Shown here piece by piece: positions 25,274-32,641 of a DNA stretch of 32,641 bases. A program made the position numbers and the translations under genes. The stretch comes from Candidatus Altimarinota bacterium (GTDB lineage: Bacteria > Patescibacteriota > Gracilibacteria > UBA4473). The notes under the pieces were generated by a model. The model worked only from the letters and a program-made list of their open reading frames with translations. It searched no databases and was not told the origin of the DNA. The first letter of the stretch is position 1, and every line of letters starts with the position of its first letter. The stretch lies in assembly GCA_020630245.1 (NCBI GenBank), contig JAHDBZ010000002.1:42442-75082 (forward strand). The letters are read 5' to 3'.

Positions 25274-25315
25274 GGTGAGTGAACGGTTAACAGATAACAG
25301 TTAACAGTTAAATGA
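25274..25315. repeat. Tandem heptamer tract immediately upstream of the mutS start
   Basis: GGTGAGT GAACGGT TAACAGA TAACAGT TAACAGT TAAATGA. It begins 3 nt from the mutS ATG (25269-25271). Confidence 0.8.
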
Positions 25316-25412
25316 GTATAAAAAACTTAATAATTCAGCTTTAAAAAGCAATGAGGATGAGAAATGTTTACAAGAATTGACTTTAAATCCTTTTTGTGTA
25401 TTAAGGCTGTGA

Positions 25413-26252
25413 ATGGATAATTTGCAATTGCCAGCGGATCGATCGGACTTGCGTAAATTTTTAGAACCGGTTGGTGATCGTGTTGATATTGACGATTTCG
25501 AGACCCGTTTTCTCGCCGGTCATAGTGTTGAAGGTCTTGCTTTCGAGACCAAAGAGTTATTGCTACGACGTTTAGAAAATTGGTTGTGTTTTTCGTGCAA
25601 AGACATTGAACAAAATGTAGTTGATTATTTTTCGTCGAAGGTGCAGGAAATTGCATTTCCTTTTTTGAAAGATTTAGAGGCGCTCCTTGACAATCGTGGT
25701 CCTAGTCAGATGAAAGCACTGCTAGATATTTTTTGTTCTCAGCCTGGTCGTTTAATTACCATCGAAGCTATGAATAACGCACTCAGTGGTGTTAACGTAC
25801 AAAGAGGCGATCGTTCGCCTCACTTAGTAGCTCTGCAGCCTGTAAGAAAATTTCTTGCTACTCATGGATATGATCAGGATATGGTTCAGGGCCATCATGC
25901 TTTTGGAGTTAGTTTTGGTGATTTGCGATTAGATGAATATGAGTCATTAGAGCTCTTACCAGGATTGATTTTTTATCCGGGGATATTTTATCTGGCTGAT
26001 TATCGAACAGCACAAAAAAGGAAAGCCTACCTCTCTCCGAAAAACACTGGGAAATTTTTTTCTTGGATGGTGGATAAATCTCTTGGCCTTGATCCAATCT
26101 ATCCAAGTTCTACTGTGGATGATACAACTGCATCACTTGCGCCTCTAAAACGAAAATTGCTTTTAGGTAAATTTTCTCCCCAGGCAATCAAACCAAATCG
26201 AGAGAGAGATTCCAAAGATCTGCGGTATTGTTTAGACGCTGCTTTACTGTAG
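25413..26252 (+). CDS. Hypothetical cytoplasmic protein (279 aa), no family recognised
   Basis: Long ORF divergent from mutS, with no signal peptide or TM segment. It is preferred over the overlapping 109-aa minus-strand ORF at 25327-25656. Confidence 0.55.
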   Translation: MDNLQLPADRSDLRKFLEPVGDRVDIDDFETRFLAGHSVEGLAFETKELLLRRLENWLCFSCKDIEQNVVDYFSSKVQEIAFPFLKDLEALLDNRGPSQMKALLDIFCSQPGRLITIEAMNNALSGVNVQRGDRSPHLVALQPVRKFLATHGYDQDMVQGHHAFGVSFGDLRLDEYESLELLPGLIFYPGIFYLADYRTAQKRKAYLSPKNTGKFFSWMVDKSLGLDPIYPSSTVDDTTASLAPLKRKLLLGKFSPQAIKPNRERDSKDLRYCLDAALL

Positions 26253-26265
26253 CCCATTAAATATT

Positions 26266-27537
26266 ATGGTGAGGGGGATGATGCGGATTTTTTTCTGGAT
26301 ATGTCTGTGTAGCATGCTGCCGGGTCTGCTGATCCGAATTCCTTTTGGCGGCGGCGGAATTTTGCTGTCAGATGTCCTGTTGCCAGTTTTTGCCGCTAGT
26401 TGGCTGGGGATTAAATTGATCTATGATCGGCAACTGCCGGTGTTGCCGTTTTGGTGGCCTGCGTTTGGTTTTGTATTAGTCGCGTTACTCAGTTGGATTC
26501 TGGGGGCGTGGGATCTGGATCTGAAAGCCAAAATTTTGTCTTTCTCTTATATCATTCGTTTTGTGTCGATCATGATTCTCGGATGGGCAGCTCTAGATCA
26601 ATTGAAAGCTAAAGATGAAAAATTAAAGATTGGTGCGGCAAATAAAATCCTCGATGGTTTGTTTGTGATCGTCGGGATTATTATCTTGATTGGATTTGTG
26701 CAGTTTTACCTGATTCCGGATATTTCAGCTTGGTCGACCGCAGGAGGGTTTGACCCGCATATGGGACGATTTTTGGGTACTTGGATGGATCCGAATTTTG
26801 TGGCAGGACTATTGGCTTTCTTTATCCCCGTTATGTTTGGGAGGCTCTACGAGCAGTTGAGAAGTCAGAAGTTAGAAGTGAGAAGTATCTTGCTTTCCGG
26901 TTTGATTGTAATCTGTCTTGGGGCTTTGTTCCTCACCTTTTCGCGGAGTGGATATCTGGCGGCGGTAGCGGGATTGGGATTGTTTTTCCTGCTCCGGGAT
27001 CCAAAAGTGATCATTATTGCCATTATAGTGGTAATACTGGGAATCGGTTCGAGCGAGCGAGCGCAGCAACGGGTTGGGGAGCTAGCTGGGACACTATCTT
27101 CGGTCGTACTTGGCCATACTGACGAGATTGATGCTACCGCTAAATTACGTCTGCAGAGCTGGGGTAAAAGTATGATTCTCTGGGAAAAATATCCAGTACT
27201 GGGTATCGGTTACAATACGTATCGTTATCGAGCGGCGGAAGAAGGCATCGTCGATGCCAATTATTTCTCAGCGGGGGGCTCTGACTCAACCTTGCTCACG
27301 GTGCTGGTGACGACGGGGACACTGGGATTTATTGCTTTTCTTTGGTTTTACGCGCACTTCTGGTGGCGGAATGCCTGGCGGTATTATCATTTTGGGACCA
27401 CACTAAATCTCGGATTTGTGGCCGGTTGGTCAGCGATTTTAGTACACAGTGTATTTGTGAATTCGATGCTTTTTCCACTGATATTTATGCCGATGATCGT
27501 GGTGGCGGCGGTACTTGAGGCTCGGCAGAGTGATTAG
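26266..27537 (+). CDS. O-antigen ligase / polymerase-like (Wzy_C) polytopic membrane protein
   Basis: About 10 TM segments. The characteristic LTFSRSGYLAAVAGLG segment is followed by a periplasmic loop (ERAQQRVGE...RLQSWGKSMILWEKYPVLGIGYNTYRY). The start could instead be 26278 or 26281. Confidence 0.8.
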   Translation: MVRGMMRIFFWICLCSMLPGLLIRIPFGGGGILLSDVLLPVFAASWLGIKLIYDRQLPVLPFWWPAFGFVLVALLSWILGAWDLDLKAKILSFSYIIRFVSIMILGWAALDQLKAKDEKLKIGAANKILDGLFVIVGIIILIGFVQFYLIPDISAWSTAGGFDPHMGRFLGTWMDPNFVAGLLAFFIPVMFGRLYEQLRSQKLEVRSILLSGLIVICLGALFLTFSRSGYLAAVAGLGLFFLLRDPKVIIIAIIVVILGIGSSERAQQRVGELAGTLSSVVLGHTDEIDATAKLRLQSWGKSMILWEKYPVLGIGYNTYRYRAAEEGIVDANYFSAGGSDSTLLTVLVTTGTLGFIAFLWFYAHFWWRNAWRYYHFGTTLNLGFVAGWSAILVHSVFVNSMLFPLIFMPMIVVAAVLEARQSD

Positions 27538-27578
27538 GGGGCTTGCCGGGCAGCCAGGGGTTGTTATTATCACACTTG

Positions 27579-29360
27579 ATGATTCGTCTTCTTGGTTTCT
27601 TGATCGTAGTACTGGCCATGTTTGGTCTGAGCTGGCAGTTTATCAACCAGCGCGTGCCCGCCTGGGAAGCTGAGATGAAATACCTTGTCGAGGCCGCTAC
27701 ACAAGCCGGGGCTGATCAACACACTTGGTCGGCGCTAACGCAACGTGCCGATACAAATCTACCCGGGTTCTATCCTTTTTCAGTGGTGCACAATGTACTC
27801 AACGAAGGGTATGATCTGAGCCGGGCTCTGGACGACTTTCGGCCGACGCCAGAAATCAATTGGGAGCTCAGTGAGATTCCAGCGAGTCAGTTTGATTCAC
27901 TTTGGAATTTGTTCGATCAAGTCGAAACTTCTCTCGCTCGAATCAATCGCAACGCTCGTTCTTTGCCACGTTGGTGGATGAGCGATAGCCAGAAAACGGC
28001 TCGGGATAACTCTTTGGCACAGATCGAAATTTGGCAACGATACGTCAAAGATCTCCGCCGCCTAGAGCGAGTGTTTAAAGAATTCCAGGGCAAGGAAGAC
28101 CGAGTTTTGATCTTGCTTCAAAATCGTAACGAACCGCGTCCGACAGGCGGATTTGTGGGGAGTCTGATCTTGCTCGACTTCTTTCCAGAGAAAGTCACTT
28201 GGCGGTTCCTAGACATTTATGAACTCGATCGATTACTCACGGTACGAGACCAATTACCAGCGCCGGAGTGGTTTCATGACCTGTCCAAGATGATTTCATT
28301 GCGTGATGCCAATTTTTGGCCGGATTTTCGCACCAGTAGTCAGCAGTACCGGCAGATGTTTGAAGCCATCGGACAGAAACCGCCGCGGACGGTGGTGGGT
28401 ATAAACCTGAGTGTTATCGAAACGCTTTTGCACCTCACTGGTCCGGTGACGATTGAGCCGTGGGGGGTTGAGCTCAATGAGCAAAACTTTGACCTTGTGT
28501 TACAGTTTTTGGTCGAGTCCAAGATTAGCGGACGTTTTTCGGTCAAACAGCCGATTATGCAATTTGCTCAGAAGCTCATGTCACCCACTCACCTGCGTCA
28601 GCTCAATGTGAGTCGGTTGCGGGCGTTTGATTGGGAAGAGTTCTGGGCGGAGAAACATATCTTGGCGCATTCACAAAACGTCAATCTGCAAAAGCTAATT
28701 GAGCGCTGGTCGTTCGACGGGCAGATACGTCGCAAGGTCGAAAGTGATAATTTTTTGCAGTTTGATTTCGTGTCCATTGGTGCGAATAAATCGGACAAAT
28801 TCGTCTGGACCAAACTCTGGCATGACAGTGAGATCTTCCGAGATGGGCGTGTGCACAACACGGTTAAGATTAAGCGAACTCATTCCCTGCAACCCAATGA
28901 AATCAATGACTTGTTGGGTACCAATGCCTGGACACCGAATGTGCGAGACCTCCTCAGCCCAGACCTCTACTGGAAACTAGGTGCCGGGGAGAATCGGATC
29001 GTTCTCCGCGTCATGACACCGGTAAACGCTCGGTTGCTCAGCCAGAAAAATCCAAGTGGAGCTATTCGCTCGACGGTTTCAAATGATAAGAAATACAAAA
29101 TCTGGGCGATCCCACTCAATGTAGTGCCTGCAGAAACTCTGGAAGCGGAGTTTACCTATGAAACCGTGATTGATCGTGGCTCGCAACGCTGGCGGCCGTA
29201 TTTTTTGCAGCTCTTGGGAACGCCAGCCCGAGATAAGACGAGTCTGATCAAGACGATTTCAACAGAACGTGGTGGTAAATTTAGTGCCCAGACTAGTAAT
29301 ATCGGCCGGCCGGAGCCCCTAGTAGATCAGGATTTTCGAGCGGTGATCGAATTTCAGTAA
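27579..29360 (+). CDS. DUF4012 domain-containing membrane-anchored protein
   Basis: An N-terminal TM segment, then the DUF4012 signature LLQNRNEPRPTGGFVGSLILLDF. I prefer the ATG at 27579 (MIRLLGFLIVVLAMF) over the TTG at 27543. Confidence 0.8.
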   Translation: MIRLLGFLIVVLAMFGLSWQFINQRVPAWEAEMKYLVEAATQAGADQHTWSALTQRADTNLPGFYPFSVVHNVLNEGYDLSRALDDFRPTPEINWELSEIPASQFDSLWNLFDQVETSLARINRNARSLPRWWMSDSQKTARDNSLAQIEIWQRYVKDLRRLERVFKEFQGKEDRVLILLQNRNEPRPTGGFVGSLILLDFFPEKVTWRFLDIYELDRLLTVRDQLPAPEWFHDLSKMISLRDANFWPDFRTSSQQYRQMFEAIGQKPPRTVVGINLSVIETLLHLTGPVTIEPWGVELNEQNFDLVLQFLVESKISGRFSVKQPIMQFAQKLMSPTHLRQLNVSRLRAFDWEEFWAEKHILAHSQNVNLQKLIERWSFDGQIRRKVESDNFLQFDFVSIGANKSDKFVWTKLWHDSEIFRDGRVHNTVKIKRTHSLQPNEINDLLGTNAWTPNVRDLLSPDLYWKLGAGENRIVLRVMTPVNARLLSQKNPSGAIRSTVSNDKKYKIWAIPLNVVPAETLEAEFTYETVIDRGSQRWRPYFLQLLGTPARDKTSLIKTISTERGGKFSAQTSNIGRPEPLVDQDFRAVIEFQ

Positions 29361-29370
29361 TTTTAGAACC

Positions 29371-29410
29371 CAACACCAGGGGGCTTTGGGCACTCGGTGT
29401 TGTTTTCATG
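29371..29410 (+). terminator. Possible intrinsic terminator after the DUF4012 gene
   Basis: CAACACC (29371-29377) pairs with GGTGTTG (29396-29402) and is followed by TTTTCATGTTT. The 18-nt loop makes it a weak candidate. Confidence 0.35.
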
Positions 29411-29446
29411 TTTACGAATCGATATTTTTTACTACGGTGAGAGCGA

Positions 29447-30397
29447 ATGCTCGAACTTATGTTAATGGCGATGCTGGGCGCTGGCGAATCGCCGGTGTTT
29501 TCAGCACAGGAGTATGGTGCGCAGACAGTGGACAAGGTCAGTGTGGCCTGGCTTGATCTCCCAAAATTACCGATTAAGAAACCTGGTAAAACAGCGCCAG
29601 TACTCATTTCAGAACCCTTTGTCGCGGTATACGCTCAGGATCCGGCGAGTAGCAAGGTGTTTTTTGCGCATGAGATCGATCGCCCACAGCCAATCGCTAG
29701 TATTACCAAACTGATGACTTATCTCGTGATCCGTGAGAATCACAGCCTGGATGAAGTGGTAAAGGTCTCGCCGGAAGCCGCTCGGATAGGTGGCGCTTCG
29801 ATTGGGTTGTATGCCAATGAAGAGCTTACCGTTGGGACACTGCTCGAGGCTATTTTGATTCCTTCGGCTAATGATGCGGCTACGGCCTTGGCGATCTGGG
29901 ATGCGGGATCGGAAAAAAACTTTGTCGAAAAAATGAATGCGAAAGCGCGTGAGCTGGGACTCGATTCTGCGCAGTTTTATAACGCTTCAGGACTCGATGT
30001 CGAGGGGCCCGTGGACAACTGTGATGTGACTCAGCCGGGCTGTAAGATCGAGACCAAGGGAAACCTTATGTCGGCGCGTGATGTGATGAAACTAACCCGG
30101 ATCTTGCTCCGAGATGAGTGGTTTGCGGCCGTTGTGCAGCTCCAGCACTTCTACGGTACTTCCATCGACGGGGAATTTTTCCACGAGAAAGTTACGACGA
30201 ACCGTTTATTTGGTAGTTTTGTTGATACCAAGGGGGTTAAAACTGGTTACACACCATTAGCTGGGCAGTGCTTTGTAAATCTTGCGGTTGATGAAGACGG
30301 CAATGAAGTGCTGACGGTCGTATTAGGCTCAACGGACCGTTTTACCGAAACCAAACACATCGTGGATTGGGTGTGGGATAGTTTTGAGTGGCAATAG
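29447..30397 (+). CDS. D-alanyl-D-alanine carboxypeptidase (peptidase S11, PBP5/DacA-like)
   Basis: All three penicillin-binding motifs are present in order: SITK (IASITKLMT), SAN (IPSANDAA) and KTG (VKTGYT). Confidence 0.9.
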   Translation: MLELMLMAMLGAGESPVFSAQEYGAQTVDKVSVAWLDLPKLPIKKPGKTAPVLISEPFVAVYAQDPASSKVFFAHEIDRPQPIASITKLMTYLVIRENHSLDEVVKVSPEAARIGGASIGLYANEELTVGTLLEAILIPSANDAATALAIWDAGSEKNFVEKMNAKARELGLDSAQFYNASGLDVEGPVDNCDVTQPGCKIETKGNLMSARDVMKLTRILLRDEWFAAVVQLQHFYGTSIDGEFFHEKVTTNRLFGSFVDTKGVKTGYTPLAGQCFVNLAVDEDGNEVLTVVLGSTDRFTETKHIVDWVWDSFEWQ

Positions 30398-30402
30398 GGC
30401 AG

Positions 30403-30426
30403 ATTGCGAGATCGCGAGAACACGAG
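30403..30426. repeat. Tandem octamer tract in the convergent intergenic gap
   Basis: ATTGCGAG ATCGCGAG AACACGAG. The 19-mer AGATTGCGAGATCGCGAGA (30401-30419) is identical to 20022-20040. Confidence 0.85.
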
Positions 30427-30429
30427 ACT

Positions 30430-30801
30430 CTAGAAGGGGCGTATTTTGACAATGCTAGCGCCCATGATCACCATGACAAAGCTAACGGCACTCCACTGCC
30501 AACCAAAATCGATTTTGACGCGTTCACGAGCATCGTAGACAGCCTGCAGTTTTTCTCGGTCTGATAAAATAGCATCTTCCATCCGATCTAATCGCGTTTC
30601 GACACGGTCTAAACGAGTTTCGACGCGTTCGATTCGGTGTTCAATGTGTTCCAGGTGCTTTCCTATGGCGATGAATTTTTCGTCGATTGTATTTAGTTTT
30701 TGTTCTATGGCCTCAAAGCGTCGTTGATTTTCAGCTTCGAGGCGATCAAGCCGCTGGTTGGTGGCTTTTAACATCTGGATAACGACGTCTATTTTTTCCA
30801 T
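30430..30801 (-). CDS. Coiled-coil protein with C-terminal TM segment (XhlA-like architecture)
   Basis: Heptad-rich N-terminus with the duplicated unit RVETRLD RVETRLD (21-nt DNA repeat at about 30585-30647). C-terminal hydrophobic segment WQWSAVSFVMVIMGASIV. The family assignment is tentative. Confidence 0.6.
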   Translation of the reverse strand: MEKIDVVIQMLKATNQRLDRLEAENQRRFEAIEQKLNTIDEKFIAIGKHLEHIEHRIERVETRLDRVETRLDRMEDAILSDREKLQAVYDARERVKIDFGWQWSAVSFVMVIMGASIVKIRPF

Positions 30802-30978
30802 AGTTCATTTTTACTCTATAAACCGATGGAAAGGCAGTCAAGTAGTGGTCTTCATCTAATCTTCATGAAGTTGTATTTGCGAGTGTTAGGTGTCGTTTCT
30901 ATGGTTTGATAAAAAACTGCTAAAAAGTTAAATCCAACATTTTTTGTCTTTGGGCTCGCTTTCTGACCTTTATTTGCC

Positions 30979-31007
30979 TTGAAAAAAGGCTTAATTTAAG
31001 ATATAAT
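30979..31007 (+). promoter_or_regulatory. Consensus sigma-70-type promoter placing the TSS within a few nt of the ATG at 31017 (leaderless or near-leaderless)
   Basis: TTGAAA (30979-30984), an exact 17-nt spacer, then TATAAT (31002-31007). The ATG is 10 nt past the -10 element and there is no SD. Confidence 0.5.
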
Positions 31008-31016
31008 GCATAGATA

Positions 31017-32641
31017 ATGACAAAAACAAAAAAACTACTGGTATTGGGGTTGAGTGTACTATTTCTGTTCGGAGGTAGTGTTTTTGGACAATCGAGAGAT
31101 GAACTTAAAGCAGACATCGCAAAACTAAAGACACAAATATCTGAGGAGACGAAGAAATTAAATCCTTTTGAATTTACCTGGGGAGGATTGGGTATAACAC
31201 AGAAAACTTATACGAGAGAAGGTATAAATTCTGAGCAAACACGCATAATTGCTGAAATTGAGGAGAAAAAAACGGAAAAAATACAGGCTACTAGTTTTAT
31301 TGTGACACACGAAGCTAAATTAAAAGCAGTGGATGAGAAGGTTTCTGTAGCAGAATCTGAGCTGTCTACTAATCAGGAAAAATATAGACAGGAATGTTAT
31401 ATTCCATCTGGCAGCACCTACCAGCCTGGAACTTACAAAAATGATGATTTTTGTAGGGGGTTAGCAGAGCTTGTAGAAGAAAAAAGACAGCTACTGTTAA
31501 CCGCAAAAACAGAACAAACAGAACTGAAAAACAATGAAAAATATACTCAAAGTAGAACGTTGATTCGATCAGTAGACCAACAAATAAAGAATCTGGAATC
31601 AGATTTAGCGTTCCAAAATGATAGACTTAAAAGTTTGGAGAATGCGGAAAAAGCTCAGCAACAAAAAATTATAGACTTGCAAACAGATTTAGAAAAAAAG
31701 ATTCAGCAGCTAAACGCCCTCAACGATCAGTATAGAAAGGATTTTAACTGTGACTCTGAAGAAAATAAAAATAGTGGACGCTGTACAGGATTGGTTGACG
31801 AAGAATCGTCTCCGTGCGAGATAGGTTTTGTGGCTGCCGCTGATGGAAGTTGTAAGCCTCTTAAAGAAGATCTAGTAGAAAATTCAACTGATGACAGTAC
31901 TGCAGCTCCTACGACAGCCGATGCGGGAGGAGACAATAGTGCTGGAGATACTCCTTCAACACCAAGTCCAACGACGAGTGGATCTACTACTCCAGAACCA
32001 GTAAACCCGTCTTATCAATCTAAATTTGATACGGCTCAGGATGTTTGTCCAACTGGAGAAAGTGCGGCACGTACTCAGTGTCTAGAAGCGACCAGCGGTG
32101 GCTGTAAAAGTAAACAAGGCTCAGCACTGAGCCAGTGTCTAGCAACGGTTTGTGACGCGGAAAAAACAGCTCGTGATAAAGCTACTTGTTCGAATGAAGC
32201 CAAGAAATACGTAGAAAACAATCCACCAGCCGGCCTTGAGAACTTTCAAAACAAAGAGAAAGCCTACAACCAGGCTAAGGAGAATTATGAAAAATGTACA
32301 AAGGGAAAGACTGATGAGGAAATCAAAGAGCAATGTAAAGACGAGAAAGATAAACTTGATAAGGCAGAAGAAGAATTCGATGCGGCTAATACTGCCGATA
32401 TAAAGGACTACAACAAAGCCTTGGGCAATGCCACACAATCAGCTGACGAAGCTGATAAAGCTCGTGTCCGCCAGCAACTTCAAACGCAAACGGGTTTCTT
32501 TGATCTTAATAACCTGAGCGTCGGGAATGAAAAAAATCTTCGGATCGACGGATCAAGTGATCCAGAGAATCAAAAGAACAATATCCTGTCACGGATCATT
32601 AATCTGCTGGCACGACTCTTTGGGACGTTGGCGGTGCTAAT
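31017..32641 (+). CDS. Secreted coiled-coil / Cys-containing protein, 3'-truncated by the window edge
   Basis: The frame is open from the ATG at 31017 to the last base, so it is absent from the ORF track. Signal peptide MTKTKKLLVLGLSVLFLFGGSVFG. It has long Lys/Glu/Gln coiled-coil stretches, a Thr/Pro/Ser linker (TPSTPSPTTSGSTTPEP) and paired Cys residues. It ends in a hydrophobic stretch, ILSRIINLLARLFGTLAVL. The DNA is visibly more AT-rich than its neighbours. Confidence 0.75.
   Translation, partial: MTKTKKLLVLGLSVLFLFGGSVFGQSRDELKADIAKLKTQISEETKKLNPFEFTWGGLGITQKTYTREGINSEQTRIIAEIEEKKTEKIQATSFIVTHEAKLKAVDEKVSVAESELSTNQEKYRQECYIPSGSTYQPGTYKNDDFCRGLAELVEEKRQLLLTAKTEQTELKNNEKYTQSRTLIRSVDQQIKNLESDLAFQNDRLKSLENAEKAQQQKIIDLQTDLEKKIQQLNALNDQYRKDFNCDSEENKNSGRCTGLVDEESSPCEIGFVAAADGSCKPLKEDLVENSTDDSTAAPTTADAGGDNSAGDTPSTPSPTTSGSTTPEPVNPSYQSKFDTAQDVCPTGESAARTQCLEATSGGCKSKQGSALSQCLATVCDAEKTARDKATCSNEAKKYVENNPPAGLENFQNKEKAYNQAKENYEKCTKGKTDEEIKEQCKDEKDKLDKAEEEFDAANTADIKDYNKALGNATQSADEADKARVRQQLQTQTGFFDLNNLSVGNEKNLRIDGSSDPENQKNNILSRIINLLARLFGTLAVL

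Noticed and set aside
15354-25315. CRISPR array as an explanation for the short repeats.
   Set aside because: The units are 7-8 nt and directly tandem, without 25-40 nt spacers. No cas genes are present.
1-32641. Alternative genetic code (UGA recoded to Gly, as in Gracilibacteria/Absconditabacteria), or TAA read-through to rescue the four-helix-bundle gene.
   Set aside because: TGA closes well-supported genes (7405-8751 and 14354-15358), and all conserved proteins are intact under the standard code. A single TAA in one gene is explained more simply by a nonsense mutation.

Overview
The window looks like a bacterial chromosome read with the standard genetic code: TGA, TAA and TAG all terminate long ORFs. 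The gene content resembles a small-genome uncultivated bacterium of the CPR/Patescibacteria type (DUF4012, VanW, WecA-type transferase, O-antigen-ligase-like protein, many signal-peptide hypotheticals). That taxonomic guess is inference only.

Left part: a partial comM/yifB, a DUF360 holin-like membrane protein, malic enzyme, an S41 C-terminal processing protease and a VanW protein.

Centre (4905-14304): five tightly packed co-directional genes that all encode signal-peptide proteins with no recognisable enzymatic motif. One is a 1077-aa Cys-rich protein built from thrombospondin type-1-like repeats and carrying a near-perfect 171-bp tandem duplication. This block is my top candidate for an undescribed cell-surface or attachment system.

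Right half, in order:
- a wecA-like transferase
- a class I aldolase (staphylococcal Fda type)
- murD
- a single-gene insert that looks GC-richer and has its own SD and terminator
- a 452-aa PP-loop ATPase (possibly a MurL-type epimerase)
- a 59-aa LysW-like zinc-ribbon ORF absent from the ORF track
- a four-helix-bundle (23S rRNA IVS / Avd-like) gene with an in-frame TAA
- an O-methyltransferase, an acyltransferase-like protein and mutS
- an orphan gene
- an envelope block (O-antigen-ligase-like, DUF4012, S11 D-Ala-D-Ala carboxypeptidase)
- a coiled-coil membrane protein
- an AT-rich secreted coiled-coil protein that runs off the right edge

Gene boundaries in the right half carry short tandem heptamer tracts (RGTGAGC, TAACAGN, GTAAGTR) and octamer tracts (ATYGCNNN). 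I saw no rRNA, tRNA, CRISPR array, transposase or integrase. All family calls come from motifs read by eye; no database search was run.
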